Source of the DNA: Dehalococcoidia bacterium
Lineage (GTDB): Bacteria > Chloroflexota > Dehalococcoidia > Plut-88900
DNA: 64,000 nucleotides
NCBI GenBank assembly: GCA_965197645.1
Contig: OZ240219.1
Location: 1 to 64,000 of the forward strand
Direction of reading: 5' to 3'
Below are positions 19,870 to 28,896 of this stretch, piece after piece; positions within the stretch are counted from its first letter, which is position 1, and each line of letters starts with the position of its first letter. The position numbers and the translations under genes are program-made. The notes beneath the pieces were generated by a model. The model did no database searches, was not told the DNA's origin, and saw only the letters and a list, made by a program, of their open reading frames with translations.

Positions 19870-22097
19870 CTATTGTTCGAAGGGGTTCAGCTTGATGCTC
19901 GTTAAATCGGGCTGACCCAAAGGCAACACGCGGAACCCCTCCACGTGGGGGCGTACCAGGACGTAGTCCCGAACGTGGAAGAGGGGAATGATGCCCGCAT
20001 CGTCCATCAACAGCTGCTCCGCCTGCTGGTAGAGGCCCAGGCGGACATCGACGTTGGCCTCCACCCTGGCCGCCTCCACAAGATCGTCGAACTCCGGGTT
20101 ACTGTACCGTGAGTCGTGGGCCTCGGAGTGCAGCAAGAGGTCCAGGAAGTTCTCGGGATCGGGGTAGTCGGCCACCCATCCGTAGGTGTAGAGGTGTTCT
20201 CCCAGGTTTTCCAGATCGTAGTAGTAGGCGTCCCGCTCGACGAGGTCTACTTTGACCTCCACCCCCAGGTTCTCCTTCCAGGACTCGATCATGAACTGTG
20301 TCAAGGGAGAAGATTCGCCACCGGTGCCGGCAGCCGTGAAGATGATATCCGGGAGGTCGTCGGCATACTGGAACTCGGCTAAGAGCTGCCGGGCCATCTC
20401 CGGATCGTAGGGAATGCCCCGCAGCGCCGGGTTGTAGCCGGGCATGCCGGGAGGCAGCAGCCCGTTGGCAAGGTTCACGTTCCCCTCCCACGCCTCTTCA
20501 ATCAACGCCTGTCGGTCAGGGCCATGGCAAAGGCGCGCCGCACCTTGGGGTCGTCGAAGGGGGCGCGGGTCCCGTCCATCTCCACGAAGTAGCTGACGAG
20601 CTGATCGAACTCATGCAGCTGCCCAGTCAGGTCCGGATGTTCACGTACCCGATCGAGATAGGAGGGGCCGACGTTCACTGCGTCCCAAGCCTCGCCCAAG
20701 TACATGTCCAGTCTGGTCGCTCCCGGCAGGACACCTTGCGGCGAGACGACGTACTCCAGCTTGGCCGGCGTGTGATAGCCGTCGTACCGCCGGAGAACAG
20801 TGACGTAGCCGGGTTCCCAACGCTCCAGGTGGTAAGGACCGGAACCGTTGATTACCTCGGCCATCCACCACTCCTCGCCCAGCTGTTCCACGTAGCGCCG
20901 GTCGATTACAGCGCTAGTGGGGTAGGTCAGCTTGGGCAGGAAGTATCGCTTGGGAGCGTCGATAGTGATGCGCAGGGTGCGCTCATCCACCACGTGCACG
21001 CCGACAACCTCGTTGACTTCGGCTGCCAGCTTTTCGTCTACGCCCACGATGTCGCCGAGGTAGAGGGCCGCTGTGTCGCTGTGCAGCTCCGCGTCAGAGG
21101 CTCGCTCTATGGAGTACTTGAAGTCATCGGCGGTGATTGGGTGACCGTCCTGGAAGGTTATTCCCTCCCGCAAGGTAAATGTGTAGATGGTGCCAGTATC
21201 GTCGATCTCCCACGACTCGGCCAGATCGGGCGCCACGGAGAGATTGGCATCGAATCGGACGAGGCCGCTGAACACGTTGCTCACAAAGAAGTGGGAGGTG
21301 GTCTCCCTGGCCGGGGCGGGGTCCATGGTTCTTGGCTCGCCCAGGAGCATTATGAAGGCTCGATCGCGGCTTATTCCGTAGATGGCCGGGGGAAAGCTAG
21401 TGATGCTGGACAGCATGGTCTCGAAGGTCTCCGCCCGAAGATCGGCCTCTTCCAAAAGGGAGGTAAGGACTATGGTGTAGGTGAATGTCGTGCGCTCGGT
21501 AACTTGCAAGCGGTGCAGGATGGTCCCTTCCCCGTCCTGCTCTGGATGGGTGATATCCGCCCGCTCGGCTTTAGAGCCGTCGGCCAGGGTCACTGCGCCC
21601 AGCTGTTCCACCTCCGGTTCGAGCCCCTCCGCAATCTCCTCCTCAGTAAACTGGGAGACAGCGTCGGCCAGCCTATCGCTGAGCGGCGTTCCGATGTCGT
21701 GGAACAGTGTGAACATTGACAGACGGGAATCGCTTTGTTCGTCTTCTATTCGCACCCACACGAAGGAGCTGTCCTGCTTGGTGGCCGTCCAAGACTCGGG
21801 GTAGGAGAGACGTACTCCGACCTCCAGGTCTTCATAGATGGCAAACTCCTCTGGGGGCGGCTCCGGCTCCGCTGTTGGAGCAGGCGTGGCAGTGGGAAGC
21901 GGAATAGGCGACGGTGTCGGCGCTGGCGTGGCGGTCGCGGGGACAGGAGTCGGGGTCGGCTCGGGGGTGGGTGTGGGCGTGGTGGTGGGGGTGGAGGTGG
22001 GCGTCGGTGGAGCGGGTGTCGGCGTAGCGTCCCCGCCACATGCCATGGCCACCACCAGTAGGATCGGGATCAGAACAAGGGTCAGGGCGTATTTCAT
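19870..22097 (-). pseudogene. Peptide ABC transporter substrate-binding lipoprotein (OppA-like) with an extra N-terminal domain, split by a 1-nt frameshift near 20516
   Basis: ORF 20502-22097 (FSGLV, PDLAESW, PFDDPKVRRAF) plus ORF 19870-20505 (GWVADYPDP); adding one G restores MALDRQALIEE. Confidence 0.8.
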
Positions 22098-22472
22098 CCT
22101 GGATCGTCTCTCGGGAGATAGGATAGGTAGTCCCGGTCCAGTTATCTGCTCTGATATGATGGGCAACATATGCCCTGTCTGTCAACAAGATATGCTCTCA
22201 AGACATCCGTCCTTGCAGAGACCGGACGGTCAGAGCGCAGAAGACTCGGACCCGATCCGACGCGGCCATCCCGATGAGGACCGGCTCGGTGCAAGCGCAC
22301 TTTTGGCCCAAGGCATCCGTTGGTCCACGCTGAGAGACGGTTGCTGCATTCCGAGCTTTTTCGAACGAGGGGACGACATCGAATGAGCCCGGCGCAGCTT
22401 AGGGAATCTGGAATCTTACACCCGGTCGTCCTGTGGTAGAATGGGCCGGAACTTTACCCGGCAACAGACGCT

Positions 22473-22823
22473 ATGCTCTACATACTTCTGGCCAGGTTCA
22501 CTGGCGAAGGCCAGCGGAACCTTATCGACAATCCGGACCTGATCAACGACGTCGCCCAGCAGGTTGACGTTCCAGGCGCCCATCTACTCGCCCGCTACAT
22601 GGTGCTGGGCAGGTACGACGTCGTCATCATAGCCGAAGCCGACGACTCCGAGTCCGTCGCCCGCCTCTCCCTCGAATTCGGCGCAAGAGCTGGGGTCCAC
22701 GTCGAGACCCTTCAGGCCATCTCTGTCGGTCTGCTGGCGGGAACGTCCGAAGACGACATTCTATCCACCCTCACCGAAAGCCCAGCTCCCGACGGGGACG
22801 GCTCCCCCGCCCCCGAGATATAG
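22473..22823 (+). CDS. GYD domain protein
   Basis: YILLARFT, LGRYDVV, ETLQA. Confidence 0.8.
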   Translation: MLYILLARFTGEGQRNLIDNPDLINDVAQQVDVPGAHLLARYMVLGRYDVVIIAEADDSESVARLSLEFGARAGVHVETLQAISVGLLAGTSEDDILSTLTESPAPDGDGSPAPEI

Positions 22824-23041
22824 CCGAGCTCACCACCCGGCCTCTGCAACAAATCCCGCCTTTCTGCCGGACATGGACCGGATGGACATCTCCCCTCAAG
22901 CCGACTTCAATGGAGGCCGTCAACGGGTTCCCGAAGTCCTGAGAGAATGAGGTTGGGTTGACAAGTACGGACAAGGCTGTCACATTTGTCAATGCTGGAC
23001 CTCCTAGAAAGAAGACCCAAAGGGAGCGCGTACAGAGTCCC

Positions 23042-23476
23042 ATGACGACTCCGCTCACATCACACCCGGATATCACCTCCGTCCTGGAAGACAGGGGTTA
23101 CCGGAACACGGCCCCCAGGCGTGCCATCATCCGAATCCTCGAAGGAAAGCACGAGGGCTTCACCGCAGAGGAGATCGGCAGTGAGCTTCCAGCCGTGGGC
23201 AGGGCCACCATCTTCCGAACAATCAAGCTTCTCATGGAAGTTGGGCTGGTATGTCGGCTGAACCTGATGGACGGAGCTCCCAGGTACAGCCTCTCTCGTG
23301 TTGGACACCATCACCACACCGTCTGCGTCAGGTGTGGGAACGTAGGAGAGTTCCGCGCCGCTACAGTCGAGCGGTTGATGAGAGGCTTGGGCAACAGCAT
23401 CCCCGACGAAATCGTTGGGCACCGCATCGAGCTCTACGTCATTTGTGACAAATGCCGTAGGGACCAGGGAGCTTAG
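23042..23476 (+). CDS. zur: Fur-family regulator, probably Zur
   Basis: GYRNTAPR, ATIFRT, HHHHTVCVRCG, CDKC; directly upstream of znuACB. Confidence 0.8.
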   Translation: MTTPLTSHPDITSVLEDRGYRNTAPRRAIIRILEGKHEGFTAEEIGSELPAVGRATIFRTIKLLMEVGLVCRLNLMDGAPRYSLSRVGHHHHTVCVRCGNVGEFRAATVERLMRGLGNSIPDEIVGHRIELYVICDKCRRDQGA

Positions 23477-23512
23477 GAAACCCGCCAAACCTCAGTAGTA
23501 AGTAGGACCGTG

Positions 23513-23541
23513 TTGCATACTGAGATTTAGTATCATATACT
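23513..23541 (+). promoter_or_regulatory. Sigma70 promoter with a Fur/Zur-type box in the spacer
   Basis: TTGCAT-17 bp-TATACT; the spacer contains TGAGATT-T-AGTATCA (7-1-7). Confidence 0.7.
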
Positions 23542-23607
23542 GCCCTACGGACCAATAGAGTTGCAGCCATGATCGACAGACCTTAGAGCAGAGTAGGTTA
23601 CTACAAG

Positions 23608-24978
23608 ATGATACTCAGTACTAACAAGTTCATACGCAACCTGGGAAAGGTTACGCTCCTGGCGCTTGTGTTACTAATGGCGTTGGCGGCGTGCTCCGAG
23701 AGCGCTAGCCCCACACCGACCAGCTCGCCGGCCACAGTCGCGGCGCAGACGGATCCCACACCGGAACCTACCGCCGCACCCCGAACCGTTATGGTGGTGA
23801 CGACGACCAACATAGTGGCTGACTGGGTGGAGAACATCGGCGGCGAACACGTGGAGGTCTTCAGCATGGTCCCGATTGGGGCCGACCCGCATGCGTATCA
23901 ACCGGGCGCGCAAGACGTGGCCAAAATCGCTGACGCAGACCTTGTGTTCAGTATCGGCCTGGGCCTGGAGGAGTCCTGGCTCAGAGAGCTGGTGCAAAAC
24001 GCTGCTCGGGACTCCTCGACCATCATTGAGCTGGCCGAGCTGGTCGATCCTATAGAGTTCGCTGAGGGTCACGCCGAGGAAGTGGAGGCCATCGAGACCT
24101 TCATGCATATAGTCCACGAGGTGGAAGAGGGTGAAATCAGTCCGGAAGAAGGCATCGACGAGATCAAGGAGGCGCTCGAGGGAATCGGGGAAGAAGACCA
24201 TGGCGAGGAGGAGGATGCTCACGAGGGTGAGGACCACGGCGACGAAGAAGATCCAGACGAGGACGAGGACCATAGGGACGAAGCGAGCGTAGACGAGGAT
24301 GAAGGTCACGGCGAGGAAGACGAGCTGGTTACTATGGTCCTCGCTATTGTCGAAGACGTGGAAGAAGGGCACATGGAAGCAAGCGACGCCGTCGAGACCA
24401 TCGAAGGCCTTGCCTCCGAAGGCGAGGAAGCACACGAAGGCCACGGTCACGGCACCGACGACCCCCACTTCTGGTTCGACCCCCTCCGCGTAAAGGTCGC
24501 GGTCAACGAGATAGCCTCCCGCTTGTCCGCCCTCGATCCTAGTCGCGACGATCTCTATCGCTCCAATGCGTCGGCCTACAACACTCAGCTGGACGACCTT
24601 CACGCCTGGACGGAGGAGCAGGTCAGCGTTGTGCCGCAGGCCAACAGGCTGCTAACAACATCTCACGATAGCCTGGGATACTTCGCCAACCTCTACGGGT
24701 TCGAGGTCGTAGGGGTGGTATTGTCCATCACCACCGAAGTGGAGCCGTCTCCGGAGGACCTGGTCGACCTGATTGAAGAGGCCAGAGAGTACGAAGTACC
24801 GGCGGTGTTCGGAGAGACAACGGTCAGTGAGCGTTTGGCCAGCACCGTTGCCAGTGAGTCCGGAGCTCAGCTAGTCAGGCTCTATTCCGGGTCCCTGGAC
24901 GGCGCAGACACCAGCGCCGGGACTTACATAGGCATGATAAGGACAAACGTCGAGCGTATAGTAGAAGCCTTGAAATGA
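23608..24978 (+). CDS. znuA: Zn/Mn ABC transporter substrate-binding lipoprotein
   Basis: DPHAYQP, His/Glu-rich loop, DPHFWFDP, HDSLGYF. Confidence 0.9.
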   Translation: MILSTNKFIRNLGKVTLLALVLLMALAACSESASPTPTSSPATVAAQTDPTPEPTAAPRTVMVVTTTNIVADWVENIGGEHVEVFSMVPIGADPHAYQPGAQDVAKIADADLVFSIGLGLEESWLRELVQNAARDSSTIIELAELVDPIEFAEGHAEEVEAIETFMHIVHEVEEGEISPEEGIDEIKEALEGIGEEDHGEEEDAHEGEDHGDEEDPDEDEDHRDEASVDEDEGHGEEDELVTMVLAIVEDVEEGHMEASDAVETIEGLASEGEEAHEGHGHGTDDPHFWFDPLRVKVAVNEIASRLSALDPSRDDLYRSNASAYNTQLDDLHAWTEEQVSVVPQANRLLTTSHDSLGYFANLYGFEVVGVVLSITTEVEPSPEDLVDLIEEAREYEVPAVFGETTVSERLASTVASESGAQLVRLYSGSLDGADTSAGTYIGMIRTNVERIVEALK

Positions 24979-25766
24979 GGCCCTACTCTGGAGGTGATGG
25001 GTTGACAAGCACGACTTTCAAACCCGGTATAAGCGTTGAAGACGTGAGTGTAGTGCGTGGAGGTCACAAGGCGCTCACGGAAGTGACTTTCGAGGTGGGC
25101 CCAGGGACCCTGATGGGCGTTTTGGGGCCCAACGGCGCCGGGAAAAGCACGCTACTCGATGCCATTGCAGGGGTATTGCCGATCACCCAAGGCACTGTGA
25201 CCCTGCAGGGAGTCTCAAACGAAAAGGGTGCACTGGCGTATGTTCCACAACGGGACAGCATAAACTGGGTCTTCCCGGCCACCGTGCAGGACGTGGTCAC
25301 CATGGGGTGCTGTAACGTCGGGCTGTTTCGGCGGCCGGGCAAGCGGGACCGGGAGATGGTCCGGGTCTGCCTGGGGCGCGTCGGGTTATGGGAGCAACGC
25401 TCGAAGCTGATGACTGAGCTGTCCGGGGGGCAGCGCCAGCGAGTCTTTATAGCCCGAGCGTTGGCCCAGGAGGCAAGCATCATTCTACTCGACGAGGCCT
25501 TCAGCGGCGTCGACGTGGGCGCCCAGGAAGAGATCGTGCAGGTGCTTCAGACTTTGCGCGATGAGGGCAGAGTCGTGCTGCTAGCCACCCACGACCTTAC
25601 CAACCTGGCCGAACGTTTCGACCAGGTCCTGTGCATCAATCATCACGTATGTGCCTGCGGGCCCCCTGAGGAGGCGTTCACCAACGAGGTGCTCGAAGAG
25701 CTATACGGATCCCACGGAATCGAGCTCGACCCCAATCATTACCGAGCCGTGGGAAGTGCGCCATGA
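24975..25766 (+). CDS. znuC: Metal ABC transporter ATPase
   Basis: GPNGAGKST, YVPQR, LSGGQRQR, LLDE. Confidence 0.9.
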   Translation: MRPYSGGDGLTSTTFKPGISVEDVSVVRGGHKALTEVTFEVGPGTLMGVLGPNGAGKSTLLDAIAGVLPITQGTVTLQGVSNEKGALAYVPQRDSINWVFPATVQDVVTMGCCNVGLFRRPGKRDREMVRVCLGRVGLWEQRSKLMTELSGGQRQRVFIARALAQEASIILLDEAFSGVDVGAQEEIVQVLQTLRDEGRVVLLATHDLTNLAERFDQVLCINHHVCACGPPEEAFTNEVLEELYGSHGIELDPNHYRAVGSAP

Positions 25767-26611
25767 TCGACTACATCATCGGGCCCTTTGAGTATCCCTT
25801 CATGGTGCGAGCGCTGATCGTATCGGTACTGGTCGGGGTGATGTGCCCGGTCCTCGGAGCGTACGTCGTTACCCGGGGACGAGCGTTCATGGGAGACGCC
25901 CTCGCCCACTCGGTGCTGCCTGGAATGGTGGTAGCTTTTCTGCTGGGAATCAGTCCCTTCTTCGCGGCCGTACCTGCCGGAATCATCATAGCGCTGCTGA
26001 TGGGCTCCGTCGCCCGGCGCACCGGCATCAGCGAGGACACCTCTATCGGCATAGTGTTCGCCGGCATGTTCGCTCTTGGCTTGGTAATGCTTTCTAAAGC
26101 CACGCACGTCAACGTGAACATTGAAGATCTGTTGTTGGGCCAGGTGTTGGGTGTATCGCAAACCGATGTATACGTCTCACTGGCACTGGTTGCAGTGGTG
26201 TTGGTTGGGCTCTATGCCTTTCACCGTCAGCTGGTATACACAACCTTCGATCCCGTTGGCGCCTCCGTGGTCGGAATAAAGACGGGGTTGGTGGAATACG
26301 TGCTTCTCGCCCTTCTTGCCCTGGTCATCGTCATAGGCATCCAGGCCGCCGGAATCGTCCTTGTAATGGCAATGCTCATAACTCCAGCAGCGACTGCATA
26401 CCTGCTTGCCAAACGGTTCGTAGGGGTAATGGTGACCGGGGCGTTTATCGGCGCTGCCTCGGCTGTGGCGGGACTTTATCTTTCCTACTACGCCGACATG
26501 CCCTCCGGTCCCTCTATGGCCCTGATCGCCACTGTAGCTTTCGCGGTGGTCGCCGTGACCAAGTCTACCCCACGGAAGCATACTCTACCGTATCTCCGAG
26601 GCATTTGGTAA
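25763..26611 (+). CDS. znuB: Metal ABC transporter permease
   Basis: FMGDALAHSVLPG, EDTSIGI, LITPAATA. Confidence 0.9.
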   Translation: MIDYIIGPFEYPFMVRALIVSVLVGVMCPVLGAYVVTRGRAFMGDALAHSVLPGMVVAFLLGISPFFAAVPAGIIIALLMGSVARRTGISEDTSIGIVFAGMFALGLVMLSKATHVNVNIEDLLLGQVLGVSQTDVYVSLALVAVVLVGLYAFHRQLVYTTFDPVGASVVGIKTGLVEYVLLALLALVIVIGIQAAGIVLVMAMLITPAATAYLLAKRFVGVMVTGAFIGAASAVAGLYLSYYADMPSGPSMALIATVAFAVVAVTKSTPRKHTLPYLRGIW

Positions 26612-28434
26612 GCTTCGCGGCAAACCGAGAAGGAGACAAGCAGTTGGCGTTCACTTCACGTCTTGGGGGCGTCTTGAGAGGGTCCGTTCGATGGACGTCA
26701 TGGGCTGGGCTGGCATGCTTGCTGGCCGCAGCTCTGCTATCGGCATGCGGCCAAGATCCGACGGCGACACCGACGCCGGAGCCTGTAGCAACGGAGTCCA
26801 CGAGTGAAGAGAAAGTGCTGACCATCCTGTATTGGCAGGCCCCTTCTCTGCCTAATCCATATCTGTCCGGTGGCTTCAAGGACCGGGATGCCGGCGCGAT
26901 CACCCTGGAACCTCTGGCTAAGTACGACCCGGATGGCGAACTGGTTCCGGCGTTGGCCGCCCAAATCCCAACCCTCGAAAACGGCGGCTTCTCCCCGGAC
27001 CTGACGTCTATAACGTGGAAGCTGCGAGAGGGCCTAAAGTGGTCGGATGGCAGCGACGTGACAGCGGACGACGTGGTCTTCACGTGGCGCTATTGCGTGA
27101 ACGAAGATACTGGGTGCACGGCCAGCGGCGCATTTACCGGCATCGCCGCAGTGGAAGCCATTGACAATCTCTCCGTCAAGATCACCTTCCACGCGCCGAT
27201 ACCGTATCCATACAGCGCGTTCGTAGGCACCGGGACCCCCATCATCAGCCGGGCGCAATTCGCCGACTGTATCGGCGCCGCCGCGACGACCTGTGAGGCG
27301 GAGAATTTCTCACCGCTGGGGACCGGTCCCTATCGCATCATCGATTTCAAGGCCAACGATGAGGCCGTATATGAGCGCAACCCGTTCTACCGAGACAAGA
27401 GGCCCTACTTCGACCGGGTAATCATCAAAGGCGGTGGAGATGCGGAGTCTGCGGCCCGGGCCGTTTTGGAAACGGGCGAAGCCGACTACGTTTGGAACTT
27501 GCAATTGGAGCCGGAGAGTCTCGCTAAGATGGAAACGGTGGGACTGGGCAAAGTGGTCGTCGCGTTCTCCAGCCTAGTGGAACGTATCGTAATCAATCAT
27601 ACGAATCCGGACCCCGGGTTGGGAGACAATCGCTCGGAGTACCTGGATGGAGAAAACTCCCACCCATTCCTCACCTTCACCCCGATTCCCCAAGCCATGT
27701 CGATGGCGATAGATCGCAACGTCATATCGGAGCAGCTCTACGGTTTCGCCGGAGAGCCCACTTGCAATCTGATCGTCGGCCCTCCGAGCTATGTTTCGAC
27801 CGCCAACGACGGCTGCCTGACCCAGGACATCGAAGGCGCCAACAGACTGCTGGACGAAAACGACGTGCTCGATACCGACGAAGACGGCATCCGCGAGTAC
27901 AATGGCGTTCCTCTCCGTGTTACTTACCAGACTTCGACCAATGCTATCCGGCAAGAGACCCAGACGCTCGTACGTGACTGGTGGCGTCAGATAGGAATCG
28001 AGACCGAGCTGGTGCACCACGACGCCAGTGTCTTCTTCGGTGGAGACCCCGTGGACAACAAGGATGAGTCGTATCGAAGGTTCTTTGCCGACGTACAGAT
28101 GTACGCCAGCGGTTCCGACATAGATCCGCAGCAGTCTCTATCAGGTCTGCTCTGCGATCAGATCCCAACCCGTAACAACAACTGGGCCGGCAGCAACATC
28201 TTCCGCTCCTGCAACCCGGAGTACGATGAACTATTTGAACAACTAGCCCATACCCGAATCGGACCGGAGCGCATTACCCAGATCAAACAGCTAAACGACA
28301 TACTGGTACAGAGCTACTATGAACTTCCCCTCGTGAACCGAGGCGCCGTTTCCGCACACCTGAACAGCCTTCAAGGCATACGAATCAACGGGTGGGACAG
28401 TGAGATGTGGAACATCGCCGAGTGGCACCGCTAA
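26605..28434 (+). CDS. Peptide ABC transporter substrate-binding lipoprotein (start uncertain)
   Basis: Lipobox LSAC, YWQAPS, WSDGSDVTADD, GTGPY, WNIAEW. Confidence 0.88.
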   Translation: MVSFAANREGDKQLAFTSRLGGVLRGSVRWTSWAGLACLLAAALLSACGQDPTATPTPEPVATESTSEEKVLTILYWQAPSLPNPYLSGGFKDRDAGAITLEPLAKYDPDGELVPALAAQIPTLENGGFSPDLTSITWKLREGLKWSDGSDVTADDVVFTWRYCVNEDTGCTASGAFTGIAAVEAIDNLSVKITFHAPIPYPYSAFVGTGTPIISRAQFADCIGAAATTCEAENFSPLGTGPYRIIDFKANDEAVYERNPFYRDKRPYFDRVIIKGGGDAESAARAVLETGEADYVWNLQLEPESLAKMETVGLGKVVVAFSSLVERIVINHTNPDPGLGDNRSEYLDGENSHPFLTFTPIPQAMSMAIDRNVISEQLYGFAGEPTCNLIVGPPSYVSTANDGCLTQDIEGANRLLDENDVLDTDEDGIREYNGVPLRVTYQTSTNAIRQETQTLVRDWWRQIGIETELVHHDASVFFGGDPVDNKDESYRRFFADVQMYASGSDIDPQQSLSGLLCDQIPTRNNNWAGSNIFRSCNPEYDELFEQLAHTRIGPERITQIKQLNDILVQSYYELPLVNRGAVSAHLNSLQGIRINGWDSEMWNIAEWHR

Positions 28435-28824
28435 TCGCCAATTGGCCCGCTCAGCAAAAGCATGAAACGATATAAGACAGGCGAAACGTTGCGCCTCCCC
28501 TAGCCTGATCGATCATTGGTCGCCAACGTCGGCCCGCTTCGTCCATTAGGATTAGGCCGTGTCAGTGTATGAGAAGGCCCTTTTGACGCCTACGCTACAG
28601 AAGCCCGGGATAGCTGAAGCCTTTCCCTAGGATCTGCATCTCGGGAGGGTTAAAGGGTGAATCCACTTAACGAAGAAGCTGACGGGCTCCCCGGTACCTG
28701 GCAGCTCGTCGGTGAACACCAACTCGCCCATCTGTAACCGGGAACTGGGGCCCAGCGACCCTTAGTATCTATAGCACGCTTCCTCGATCAATCCCATAGT
28801 ACAACCACCCCGGTGCGGTCCCAC

Positions 28825-28862
28825 AAAAAGGAGAGCGGGCCCCTCTAGAGGGCCCCGCTCCG
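28825..28862 (-). terminator. Intrinsic terminator after the surface-protein gene pair
   Basis: GAGCGGGGCCCTC-TA-GAGGGGCCCGCTC followed by a T-run on the minus strand. Confidence 0.7.
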
Positions 28863-28896
28863 AAGTGTCTTCTTATTCTCTAGTCGCTGAACGAAG

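Noticed and set aside
28440-28800. Possible ncRNA or integrase remnant (GELVFTDEL on the minus strand)
   Set aside because: The match is too short and no conserved RNA motif was recognised.
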